Positions 25,916 through 37,316 of a stretch of DNA of 42,029 nucleotides are shown here, piece after piece. Numbering within the stretch: the first letter of the stretch is position 1; each line of letters begins with the position of its first letter. Origin of the DNA: Catajapyx aquilonaris (Eukaryota). The notes under the pieces were generated by a model that was not told the DNA's origin, did no database searches, and saw only the letters and a list, made by a program, of their open reading frames with translations. The DNA is taken from assembly GCA_000934665.2 (NCBI GenBank), contig JYFJ02003415.1:1-42029 (forward strand). The letters are read 5' to 3'. The position numbers and the translations under genes were made by a program.

Positions 25916-26672
25916 CTCTTGGTCCTCCATATCCTTGGGTTCCATATCTGCAGATTCAACCAGCCACGGATTGAAAATACAGCCAGTCCCTGACTTGCAC
26001 AAATGGGTCATTCTGCAACATTACAGAAAAATGTAATTGGACGTAACTCGGAACATGTTTTGTGTTGTATAGTATACTGTAATGTACCTTATTCATTGAT
26101 ACTGGAGTAACTGTCACATTCATTTGAGACCCCGCGAGGCACAGAAGTAGGTCCCAAATGTCTGTCACAGGGAAACGGAGTCAGGAAATGAGTCTCAGTG
26201 GGCAGGTTCGAGTTGCCATGAGCGAAACTAATTTTCTTGCAATTGATGGAATATGATTCTACCAGTTTGTTGATTAGATTTTTTTCGCCCATCAGGAACA
26301 TTCTGTGCATTTCGGAATTATTTTACTTAGGTATGTCTGAATCTACCTAAGTTGGGGACTGCCTGTATTTTAAAAAAACTAAGTAGGCCTACAGTTTTGA
26401 AAAACAAAATTTGAACATGTTGTGTGCTGAGCACTACAATACATTTATATACATAGAATTTTCATTGTGTATTAGATATTACAAGTGACTTAGTGATGAT
26501 TTAGACTGTTAGAGGATACTGAAGGTTGTGTGTAGGCTATCTGCAAATACTACCTGTACTCCACATCTATTTATATAAGTTAAGGTAAGGGACTTGAGCA
26601 TCTGTGGATTTGGTACTGTATCCTCAGGGGGAGGGGAGCTGGAACGAATGCCTCACAGATACGGATTAGATG
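25916..26672 (-). mobile_element. MER2-like (Tigger/pogo) MITE, interrupted by a second Tigger-type MITE
   Basis: ggtcctccatatccttgggttccatatctgcagattcaaccagccacggattgaaaata and taagggacttgagcatctgtggatttggta...ggaacgaatgcctcacagatac are colinear with the MER2 consensus as I recall it. Confidence 0.7.
25980..26365. mobile_element. Tigger/pogo-type MITE nested in the MER2-like element
   Basis: TA-cagccagtccctgactt ... aagttggggactgcctg-TA. Confidence 0.8.
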
Positions 26673-26741
26673 GGTTCAGGTTTTAATCAATTTTATTACC
26701 AAAGCAAAGCATCACATGTCATTCTGCAGTATTGTCTTTAG

Positions 26742-27164
26742 GTTTGATTGCAAGTTGGAAGAGGAAGATGGCCAAATGAAAATAGTTCAGCGTCATTCTA
26801 TCCATTCACTAATAAAGGAGACACGCATCCTAGAGGAGAATGTGGTGCTGAAAAGAGAGGTGTCTGATATGCGGGCAAAAGTGATGCTTGTTAAGAATGA
26901 GTCAAACACTACACTGAGGCTCAACAAAGGACGCCTGGAAAACATGAAGAAGGATTTCCTTAGTCAGATAGATCAGCTGAAGTGTAAGGTCAAGATAAGC
27001 GCTGAAGAAAATACTACCCTGCAGGAGACTGTTAAAATGGAGGTGACAGAGAAAAGGATTCTCAAGGAGGAAATAGAGGAATTGCAGAATAAACTTGTGT
27101 GCCGAGTTACCAAAAAACCTGTAAAATCACCAAACAAGAGTTGCAAATTCATCCCCAGTACAAG
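26742..27164 (+). CDS. Coiled-coil protein exon 5
   Basis: ctttag acceptor, AG|gtgaga donor, phase 2/2; FDCKLEEEDGQMK...CKFIPST. Confidence 0.87.
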
Positions 27165-28534
27165 GTGAGATATAAGCACTGTGTATTGACCAGCAATAGC
27201 TTACAGTACCTGAGGGTAATAAGGCCAGCATTTTCTACACTTATGGTACCTATTATATTATGAATTTATAGGATTACTATGTGTACCCTTCAATGTGATC
27301 AGCAAGTAGGGAATAGTGAAATAAATTTATACAAAATTATTTTTTAAAACCTGCAATTCCCTCATTTTGGATCGTTCTTTGCGAGTAATAAAGCCAGCAT
27401 ATTTGGCTGTAACATACGAGTAAATGGACCTGCCATGCTTCGATTGTTGCCATAATAACATTATTCTCTCATTATCATCTTCAAACAATATTCTGGACTG
27501 ATATACCAACCTGGAACTGTAATATAAAAACTTACTTAAATTCAAATATTTTTAAGCTAATTCTGCATAAAAAGAGTTAGGATATGATTATAACACTTTG
27601 AGACCCACTTGAATCACTGAGAGTAAACTATGGATGAAGGCTGTTACTCAAAAACAAAGAAAAAATCTCAAATACTAATTACAAATAGGCCTACAGGTTG
27701 GGTCCCTACATTAATATTTTTTGATTTCTTTTTTCTGTTTATTTATTCTTTTTTTGCACCTCTGCACTGCACTGTGTCTACTGGATTGCTGTTGGGTTTC
27801 CTGTGATCGTGAGACACTAATTCATAGCTTATATTTTGCTCCAACAGTTAAAAATGGCAAATGTGGAAATTCTCCAAACACTAGTTCACACCATTAGTGC
27901 ACATATCCATAATAATTTAGACAATTTTACATTAACAATATCATCATGAGAAAGTGCATTTATAAGTAGTGGCCTTATCAGAGGCATTGCTTTAATCACA
28001 GCCTATAATCAATGTAAATTACCTGCCAAATCTTACCCCTTTTTTGATGCCACCCACCTAAGCTACTACATTATTGCTCGTCCACATAGTTGGCATAATT
28101 AGGGTATATTTCAACATGGTTTCTTTGCTTACTTATAATGGACCTACATACATATTATTCAAGAGGAAATACCTTATGGGACCACAACTTCTGATATTTT
28201 TCCAACTGCTACAGGTCACTTAGAGGGCCCAAAATTATACACCAAAATGGGGTTCAATTATGGAAGGTATCGTAATCATATATATCATCATGTGCTGTTT
28301 CGGAAACTGTTGGGAGTAGGCGAGAAACAGGGAAGTAGCTTTATTACACACTTGGCCTTATCACCATCAGGTACTTGAATAATTTCATATCATGGGTACG
28401 GTATGCAAGAGAAATCCACTAGTCCAAAAGAACCTGTTTCGAGATAATCCAAAGTACCCTTGCACTTGCTTACATGCTAGTGAAGTCAGAAAATCGTGGC
28501 TTCCTGGCTCCTTAGTTATCCTTACGATTATATA

Positions 28535-29165
28535 CTAATAATAGATTGGGTATTACCGAAGCAGGTTGGCATAGTGAATAAGGCGTCCGACAGCTAATCG
28601 GGAGGCCCTGGGTTCGAATCCCGGGGCCAGCAATTCTGACCGTGGTTTTCTGTGGTTTCCCACGGTCCTTCCAGGGAAATCCCGGAGTTGCTTCCGTAAT
28701 TAACAGGCCCCAGCCGCTTCCTTCCGTCCCTATCCTATCCCAAAGAGCATAGTAAAATGAAAAGCAAAGAGTTCCAGGCAAAACAAACTTCCCCCCTAAA
28801 GAGCTGATGGCTGATAACGGGGTATGAATTATTATTATAATAGATTGGGTATTCGGCTAACCCCAGAGGGGTTTTTTTCCAGACCGTTATTGTGATGGTG
28901 TACAATTCTGGGAATCCTATTATTGAAGCACCCGGGCCCACAGGCAGGATGACAGGAGGGGATGTGCAAGTGCAGTGCATCTGACGTGTGGCCATTTTTA
29001 GTGAGCTCCCCCGGGTGGTTTAGTCTATAGGAAATACCACCCAAGACGAAGCCAGAGATGACCGACCTCTGCACGAGATGAAGGGGGTGTCCCCGGGCTG
29101 GGATCGAACCCGGGACCTTAACATCCATGGGCGCGCACATTACCGCGGCGCCACTCCGTCTCCCC
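28535..29165 (-). mobile_element. tRNA-derived SINE, family C (tail interrupted by SINE A)
   Basis: A box tggcgccgcgg, B box ggttcgatcc; 16-bp TSD TCCTTACGATTATATA at 28519-28534 and 29166-29181; a second copy lies at about 40395-40723. Confidence 0.9.
28555..28836 (+). mobile_element. tRNA-derived SINE, family A
   Basis: A box tggcatagtga, B box ggttcgaatcc, (ATT)n tail; 17-bp TSD ATAATAGATTGGGTATT at 28538-28554 and 28837-28853. Confidence 0.92.
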
Positions 29166-29321
29166 TCCTTACGATTATATAGATTTTACAAGGCCATAGA
29201 CTGGATAGTGCATTAAAACTTAGGGGTGTAAATTATAGCCTACCTGAAAACAGCCAAAAGTGGACTCAGTGTGTTTCACTTATTATATGCCCATGCTATA
29301 TGATATTACAATGTCCAACAG

Positions 29322-29601
29322 GTCCAAAGTAGAAAACTCTGAAGGAATGCCAAGAGCCAATGTGATCCCCACTCAAAAGCCGATGCACTCTCAAGAAAAG
29401 GCTGTAGCAAAAGTTACGCAGTCAGAAATATTACCATCTCCCAACCTAGTGCCGCCTCCGCCTAAGCAGACGTCTGAGGAAGAGAAACCACCATCACACA
29501 CGCCAGACTTGATTGCCAGGGAATTGAAGACACCTAACCATTGTTCTCGAGGCAAAAGACTCGTAATAGTGGATTTGATACATCCGGGATACAGGAAGTA
29601 A
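29322..29601 (+). CDS. Coiled-coil protein terminal exon (Pro-rich tail ...IHPGYRK*)
   Basis: ccaacag acceptor, phase 2; ends in TAA. The spliced CDS totals 2034 bp = 677 aa plus stop. Confidence 0.8.
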
Positions 29602-30198
29602 ATCGTTACCTCTCATGTTGATGTTTAATTTTTGTGTATGGTACAGCCAGTGCTACTGGAGTTACAGTATATGGAAGGATCAGTATTGATACAAGTCAAT
29701 GAGAATGAGCCAGATATGACTTCTTAAATCCAGGGGAAATACTAACGTTGGGTGAGAGCAATACTAGCTATTGTAAGTCCAAAGAATTCGATTTCAGGGT
29801 AAGTCCACCACCATATTCTACGCTCAGAGACGCATCTGCTGAATTTTTATTTCAAGTCCACCTTCCACCATGCGCCTATGACATCACTATAGAACGAAAT
29901 TATTATCATGTTCAGCTGCTGCACACAGCAGAAAACTTCAATATTTTTTCCTGTGAAACTAAGCCTATTTTGTGACTTACAATAGCATTGATCTCCCCTG
30001 ATGTATGTTTCCTATAGTGGCTTATTGTTACATGCAACATAACCTAATGACTTATTGTTTCAAAACACAAACCAGCAATAATAACTAAAAGCCATAGAGA
30101 TGTCAGTTTGAGCATGCTACATGGTGTCTTAACCTGAATGTGAGTATGAGAGTGCAGAGCACAGTGATGTGACAGAGGAAAAGAAGAAGCCACCTGCC

Positions 30199-32146
30199 CA
30201 GGGACGGTTTAAGGATCCGCGGGGCCCGTAGCACTACTAATAGCGGGGCCTCCTGGGCTCCATGTACTCGTACATAATTGCATTTTGCAACTCCCTTGGG
30301 CAGATAGGAAAAATTACGACTGACTGACCGTAACCTTGGGTATATGCCAATGGAGAAAATGGCAATATTGCAAACTTGCATTAAATTTAATTTACAGAAC
30401 AATAGATATTTTGAATGTTTGTCCATGACTTGCTGGAGCAGCCCATCTTTAATGTAACGGTTAGGATAACTTTGCTGAAAACGTTTTCTAACTACGCGTA
30501 CCCTGAACTTTAAAAATCAATCTATCAAGCTTTCATATGGTTCCCAGCATGCTAAATCTCCATATTATAGCTTAGACTTGATGGGACAGCAATAACTATA
30601 CTGAAGATTTAAGGGATATTTAATTAAATTCATTAATTTAGGCGTGTTTAACAGGAGTTCAATTGTGTACAAATTTTGAACTGTATTTAAACTTACTTGC
30701 AAAACTTCACAAGAAGTATTCACACTCCAATTAAAATAATCCTGCATCATATACTGTAGTTATTAGGATCAATGCAGTCTCCGAGCATAGACACTTGCAA
30801 ACACATCAATTTTTATCATTTTTTTTGGCATCTGTTTCAAATATAAGTTATCCCATATTTTCTAGAAACCACAGTTTTTAAGTAAACGTCATTTTTTAAA
30901 GTGGCAAAGAACACGATCCCCTGATGATATACTATAGGCCTGAATATGTACTCTTATATGTACCTGACATAAAATTCACATGTTGATTTTCTGCTGTACC
31001 TGGCTTGAGGAATAACATCCCTCTTGACATACGAAGAACAAGAGGAATTGAGGTAATAATAGTTGACACATATTACGCTGCGTGGGTACATTATGAAATC
31101 CGAGTAAAATATTCACAACATAGCTTGGTTATGAGTCGTACACTGAAATTCCTCATAATTTGACACTAATTTTTAAATAGTAATGGATAATAAGACTTAA
31201 TTAATGGATGGCTCACGTTGCCCCTGTTGATGACGGCAGTAAATGAACCAAAATCTTTACTAGGATTTACAAGTATAAATATTACAGAATTTTAAAATAT
31301 ACATAGGGTTATATTGAGCCATATAGGGTTTGTTTCAAGTTGATTGTTCCCGATAGAAACCTTCTGACGTAATATGCAACACTAGCGCCTCTGAATGCGT
31401 AAAAAATACCGTACCTAATATTGTTCACTTGAAAAAACATCATCGGTGTAAATAATGTAACCACTATAATAATTACAGACCTAGCTCTGCTGTTCAGTAG
31501 CGTGCCTGCACAAGAAGTGTATGGCCCTGTGTGCACTCTGCACTGTGCAGAAGTACGGGGCCTACGAGATTTTTCAGGCTTGATACCGGATGGTGAACCC
31601 TCAAGATGTACTACACAGGGTTGTCAATATTACATAGAGCATGACCCCAAAAAAATGCATTAAAAAATTGCCATCCAGTTGGCCTCCAACGACCCCAGTG
31701 ACTTCTTATTTCTTGCCTTGCACAGCGTACAGTGACCCTCGGCCTCGGCCTCCACCAGAAGTCGGGATTCCTAATTGAAGCCACCTGATTTCCCTCTGGC
31801 GCGGAAAGATAACCAGGCCGGTTTTATGTCCCAAAATTTTCGCCTTCAACCTCCTGTGGGGGAGATGGGCCCCGGACTGGGGCCCCCCTGCCAAGTACAG
31901 TATATCCGCCACTGATTTAACCCCCCAGTCTCTGCGAAACCCGCACAGCTATACTTCCAGACCATTTTGTCTCCATCTAAACTTCATCCCGCACTCAAGC
32001 AAATAAATCTTCATTATATTGTGCGAATGTACTATGCAAGATAATTTGCAATACTTAATGACAAATTTATAATAGCATCAGCGCGGGGCCCCTATCAGCG
32101 CGGGGCCTGTAGCACGTGCTACATGTGCTATGTAAAACCGCCCCTG
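30199..32146. mobile_element. Non-autonomous hAT element
   Basis: TIRs cagggacggttta / taaaaccgcccctg; perfect 8-bp TSD CACCTGCC (30191-30198 and 32147-32154); subterminal GCGGGGCCC repeats at both ends; no transposase ORF. Confidence 0.9.
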
Positions 32147-32284
32147 CACCTGCCACTGTTGTTATGTATCTCATTATGCTATTGGATGGATTTATTATTT
32201 TAGACAATAACAAGTAACACAACATTTTTACATTCTATAACATTGTACATGATGCACAAAAGAATCAGGGGAAATATTCATTAA

Positions 32285-32407
32285 CCCTGGAACCGTGCCG
32301 TGCCTGAAAGTTACAGCAACCGTGCCGTGGGGTCTTTTCGGACCCCATCCATGTATTTATTTTTATTAATTTTTATATAATACTTTTCAATGCATTGACT
32401 ATATACA

Positions 32408-32476
<69 letters not shown>

Positions 32477-32977
32477 TTTATTTACCCTGTGATGCAACCC
32501 TAGGCCACTTTAGGGGGGTGGCAGACCACCATACAGTTTTCTCTTGTATTTACTTCAATCACCGGTGCAAGGAATACTAGGAAATTGGGTAAGGGTAGGG
32601 GATTTTGGGGAGGGAACACATGTGCAGGTGCATTGTCCAGTGGTGGGCCAGGTGCAGTCCCCCAGGAGGTCAGGTTGCCAAGACGCCTCCTTAGGCGCGG
32701 GTCACGACCCATTGATGCAAGCGAAAGGTTTGTTCCCAGGTGGGGATTTGAACCCGGGACCTTTCGCATAGCAAGCCGAGACGTTACCATCTCGGCCACC
32801 GTGCCTCCCCCATACAATCATTATTTGAACAATGCCTAAAATGATCGCTGATTCAAAAATAAACATGCACTTCCTATTATATGCTGTAAAAAAATTGGCA
32901 AAAGTTAATTGTAATTATCATTTAAATGCATTTTAATTCCTTGGGGTCCAAAAAGACCCCACGGCACGGTTCCAGGG
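32285..32977. mobile_element. piggyBac-like MITE interrupted by SINE B
   Basis: TTAA-ccctggaaccgtgccgtg ... cacggcacggttccaggg-TTAA; subterminal ggggtc...gacccc palindromes. Confidence 0.88.
32410..32811 (-). mobile_element. tRNA-derived SINE, family B, with long (AAT)n tail
   Basis: A box tggccgagatgg, B box ggttcaaatcc; ATACAAT duplicated at 32403-32409 and 32812-32818; homologous to 39224-39593. Confidence 0.88.
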
Positions 32978-33419
32978 TTAATATATTATTCAGGATATGG
33001 ACACTGCAATGAATTACTCCATGTGGCAGGCAAATTATCCACTCAAATCACATACAATATAGTCAGCAGCTGCAGAAAGTTTTGGACACCACAAAGATAG
33101 ATATTTCTGATGTCATGTTATACTGTATGATCCTTTAGATATAATTACCATCTGATCGGACATCTGGAGTAGTACTGTTGTGCTTATTGGTTGAATATCA
33201 CTACCAGAGTGGATGCCAATGAGCAGTAAGGAACATGAGTCTCAGTCATCTTCTAAAGATAAACACACACTATAAGGTACGGTACAGAACATGCATATGC
33301 CATTGGTCGGTACTGGTTTTCCCTGGTGTACAGACGAATAACAAGTTCAATAAAAATAACGTGCTTTGTTTAGTAATTGGTAGGCCTGTAGTGAATTTAC
33401 GAAATTATGCTCTGTACAG

Positions 33420-33745
33420 TACCGAACATCGATGAATCGACAAAATTTAATCTCCAGTAACAAACATTCACTCACTGTTCACTGAACACCCGCGGCCATT
33501 CAAACGCCGCCAGACTTAGGGCGCCACTGTGGCCCTATAGCGAAACTATTCCCCGTAAAGGAAAAGCATTTTGGCCAGGCCTAGTGCAGTGGCGCTTTTA
33601 GGTGCATGTAGTCTTGGAGGGAACGACGTGCGCCGGCACCACACTAGACCTTGGGACTTTTTATAGTGTACGGCCGGGATACGAGGCAGCATGGTAGGGA
33701 GGCTGAGTCTGTGCATATTTCGGAAATTTGTTGCGTGCGGATTAC
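33420..33745 (+). promoter_or_regulatory. CpG-rich promoter/5'UTR of TMEM161
   Basis: Local CpG/GC enrichment with no TE hallmarks, containing the ATG|gt first-exon end; inverted GCGCCACTG / CAGTGGCGC motifs. Confidence 0.6.
33691..33693 (+). CDS. TMEM161: TMEM161 first coding exon end (ATG only)
   Basis: gcagcATG|gtaggg. Exon 2 begins in phase 0 at what appears to be residue 2. An alternative ATG|gtagga lies at 33820. Confidence 0.55.
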
Positions 33746-34826
33746 CTGCAACACCTGGTGTGATCTGATTGTGTGGTTTGGCAATGTGATGAAGCTATAG
33801 TTCGACTGGTGGTGTGATCATGGTAGGAGACAGCATGGTGTGGTTGGTGAGATGGCTCCAGTGGGACAAGATACCGTGATCCCATACAGTTGTCCTGGCA
33901 CAGGGTTACCAACCGCTTCACCCTGTGTCGCAATTGCCAATTTTTTGGACTACCGGTGATAAATATAGGATCACTTATTAATAATGGATACCCAATGCAG
34001 CTGGCAGAATTTCGGATTACACATTATCTTAGAACTACCAACATAGATAAACTATGAAGGCCCACTTCTGAATTGTTTACTCACATTGGCAGTGTGCCAA
34101 AAAAAGAATCTGGGGAAAACTACTTGGCTACATGAGGGTCCAAGCTTTTAGCTACTGCTGCATACAATTGCCATGTCAATTTAAGCATTTGATATACACT
34201 ATATAGCTATAGCGAATTGTAGATGTTTGGTTACCTGCAAGAGTTTCATGGCGAAAAAAATAAATAAATCTGAAGTGGTGAAACATAAAAATAACTTCAT
34301 GCAAGGTCATGTGTATGTGGAGGTAGCTCATGGATGCACTCCTTGCACCCTTCAAGACTTTGCGTAATGCAAGTGATTGTGGTGTGCATCACCCGTTTTC
34401 ACCTGCCCTCAAATATTTTAAGATGGACATCCCTTAGCAGTCTTCATGCAATCCTAACCTTGCACCAAGTAATTTCTCCTTGTCTTGTCACCTCAATAAA
34501 TTTTTGGTAGGCCAGAGTCCTGACGGTGACCGAAAGATGAGACGGTATGGGTTTGCTCTAAGCAACTTCGATACAGACATGACAAATCTGGTACCAAGAC
34601 ACCACGAATATCTTGATCGACCTGGTGATTGTTTGAAATATTTGGTAAAGGTGTGTGCCATCACCCTGCAATGTTTTTTATTGCTGGGAGGAATGCTTTC
34701 AACATCTGTTATGCCTAAAGAGCACTTACTCTGTGGATGAAGCAATAGCTCATTAATATGGCCTAACCTGCAATCATATCAGTTGAATGACATCATTTCA
34801 GTGGAGCTATGAGCACAATTTTACTG

Positions 34827-35816
34827 GGTAATTGTTCACTTTAGAGGACTATGACCTACAGCCATTCTCGTGATACTCACTATTCAACTAAGTGTCTAGA
34901 TACCTAGGGTTGCCTCTTCCGAGGCGCGGAAGAGCTGTTTTAGCGCAAACACCCGTGTAGAACCGAAGTTACAGCGGTTTTCCCGATCCGCCTCCGAGTC
35001 GCCGATTCCGCTTTGGACGGCCATGTTGCATACGAATAGTAGCCCACTGCTCGATACTATTGCGGTTAGGGGAGAGTTTCCGGCCGATACGGTACTGTAT
35101 ATTCAAACGATACGAGTCAGTAGATTGTATAAACATAAACTCGGCTAAGTAGCCAACCCAATGTCCGCCTGTTCGGCCGTATCTGTGTAGTAAGATGTAT
35201 ATAAGCGTAAGGGTATATGGTGACCAGACTTTGGGCGTGTGTCCGCTGAGGATAGGGCTGTATCCGCAATTTCGGAGGTTAGGTTGGTACATAGAAAAAG
35301 GGCTAACCTAACCTCCTAAATTGCGGATACAGCCCTATCTTCAGCGGATACATGTCTATCTTCAACGGAAACAGGGCCCTTTTTCTATGTACCAACCTAA
35401 CCTAACCTCCGAAATTGCGGATACAGCCCTATCCTCAGCGGATACAGCCCTACCTTCAGCGGATACACCCCTATCTTCAGCGGATACATGCCAAAAGTCT
35501 GGTCACCATATACCCTTACGCTTATACATCTTACTACACAGATACGGCCGAACAGGCGGACATTGGGACACCCCTAACCGCAATAGTATCGAGCAGTAGG
35601 CTACCATTCGTATGCAACATGGCCGTCCAAAACGGAATCGGCGACTGGGAGGCGGATCGGAAAAACCACTGTAACTTCGGTTCTACACGGGTGTTTGCGC
35701 TGAAATAGCTCTTCCGCGCCTCGGAAGAGGCAGCCCTAGGTATCTAGACACTTAGTTCAATGGTGAGTATCACGAGAACAGCTGTAGGTCATAGTCCTCT
35801 AAAGTGAACAATTACC
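34827..35816. mobile_element. 990-bp foldback element with 8-bp TSD (Merlin-like)
   Basis: GGTAATTGTTCACTTTAGAGG... termini; arms are complementary over hundreds of bp; TTTTACTG duplicated at 34819-34826 and 35817-35824; internal 21-bp gcggatacagccctatcttca repeats. Confidence 0.85.
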
Positions 35817-35881
35817 TTTTACTGTTATGTCCTATTGTGTTTTTGACTGTTAATCAAGTGACAAGCATATTTTTTTGATAA

Positions 35882-36016
<135 letters not shown>

Positions 36017-36313
36017 TAATAAAATGTGGGAAGATAATATCTTCACCATATTATGGTGCCTTAGACAAAAGTACACTTAGCTAGATTATCAACATGGTAA
36101 ATTATTTATATTTTATTAACTTGTGATGTGTTCTATACATTGTTTCATAAAGATATAGATTTAAAAAAAAAATCTTAGAGAAACTACTAAATCAATGGTA
36201 ATATTGCTTCCATAGCAGGTCATGCTACGTAATTGTTACAACAAAATGATGATGTTTCTTGCATTAACCCTTGCTGTAATAGAGGGAAGAAAGGAAATGT
36301 TTAAATAGTATTA

Positions 36314-36485
36314 AGCCACGTTTACATGTGGGTGGTTTGATCAGTGACGTCATTGCTGAGCGACAAATCCAATTGTTTGGGGCGAAAGTAACAATCATGG
36401 TAACAATCTATTTTCGCCCCAAACAATTGGATTCGTCGCTCAGCGATCATATCGCTGATCAAATCACTCACATGTAAACGGTGCT
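36314..36485. mobile_element. Harbinger-like palindromic MITE, copy 1
   Basis: TTA-agccacgtttacatgtg ... cacatgtaaacggtgct-TTA. Confidence 0.78.
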
Positions 36486-36488
36486 TTA

Positions 36489-36671
36489 GGTACGGTTTAC
36501 GTGTGAGTGATTTGATTGAGCGATGTCATCGCCAGTGGTAACATCGTTGCATAACTAAAGTAACCAGTATTGTTTGAGGCGAAAATCGATTGTTACTTTC
36601 ACCTCAAACAATTGGATTCATCGCTCGGCAATGACATCGCGCTATCAAATTGCTCACGTGTAAACACACTT
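36489..36671. mobile_element. Harbinger-like MITE, copy 2 (same family, abutting)
   Basis: gtttacgtgtgagtgatttgat ... atcaaattgctcacgtgtaaac; shares caaacaattggattc and the TTA junction with copy 1. Confidence 0.72.
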
Positions 36672-37316
36672 TTATAGTGGGCCCTTTGCATCCACAGGGT
36701 TCTAGGACCTCCTGTGGATGCCAAAATCTGTGAATGCTAAAGTCTCAGATATAAAATGGGATGGCATACTTTATAATTGATATTAAGGAGGTTGGCCCAG
36801 CATTGCCTTTCAACCTCCAAGGATAGGGAAGGAAGGAAGCGGCTGTGGCCTATTATACGGAAGCGACCCTGGAATGGGGAACTAGCCTTGGTCTGGGATT
36901 TGGGACTTTTGTTCATAACTAGCTAGCCCATGCCTGTAAACATACATTCCATCACTCTGTTGCATCAAAATGACATTACTGGATAAATTACGACACATTT
37001 AAAAGTGCCTTCAAAATTGGCGGGAAAAACGCGGAGGCCAATCGAAAGGGTACACCGAAATGCCCGGTTGACTGCGAGATATGAGGAATTTGACTTTGAA
37101 TTAACCGCGGACGCGACGGAAAGCATTCGCAAGGCGGCTGTAGGCCATCGAGGTGGAGAAAGGGGGCCTTCATGTGCCGAATTCGGGTGACAGATAATTC
37201 CTACCAGTTGGCACCACTGCCAGCCCCTTAGCTGATTGAGCGGCGTGAAGTAAAAACGCGCCCCGGCCGCTATCTTGCTCACGGAATGGGACGGTTGCTA
37301 ACAGTGAACTGTATAT

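Noticed and set aside
28555..28640. tRNA genes at the SINE heads (also about 29100, 32740, 39530, 39660 and 40400)
   Set aside because: They have A and B boxes but continue into shared bodies and tails, most with TSDs, so they are SINEs.
31496..31914. Second hAT-like element nested in the 30199-32146 element (cagtagcg ... tatatccgccactg)
   Set aside because: The termini match poorly and no 8-bp TSD is found, so the boundaries cannot be supported.
35276..35410. TTAGG/CCTAA insect telomere-like repeats
   Set aside because: Only 2-3 units, inside a TIR element; not an interstitial telomere.
35320..35490. CRISPR-like or iteron-like 21-bp repeats
   Set aside because: Head-to-tail repeats without unique spacers, no cas genes, eukaryotic context.
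34969..35708. ORFs on both strands encoding similar peptides (ILLHRYGRTGGHW)
   Set aside because: They are mirror images within the foldback element; no protein family is recognisable.
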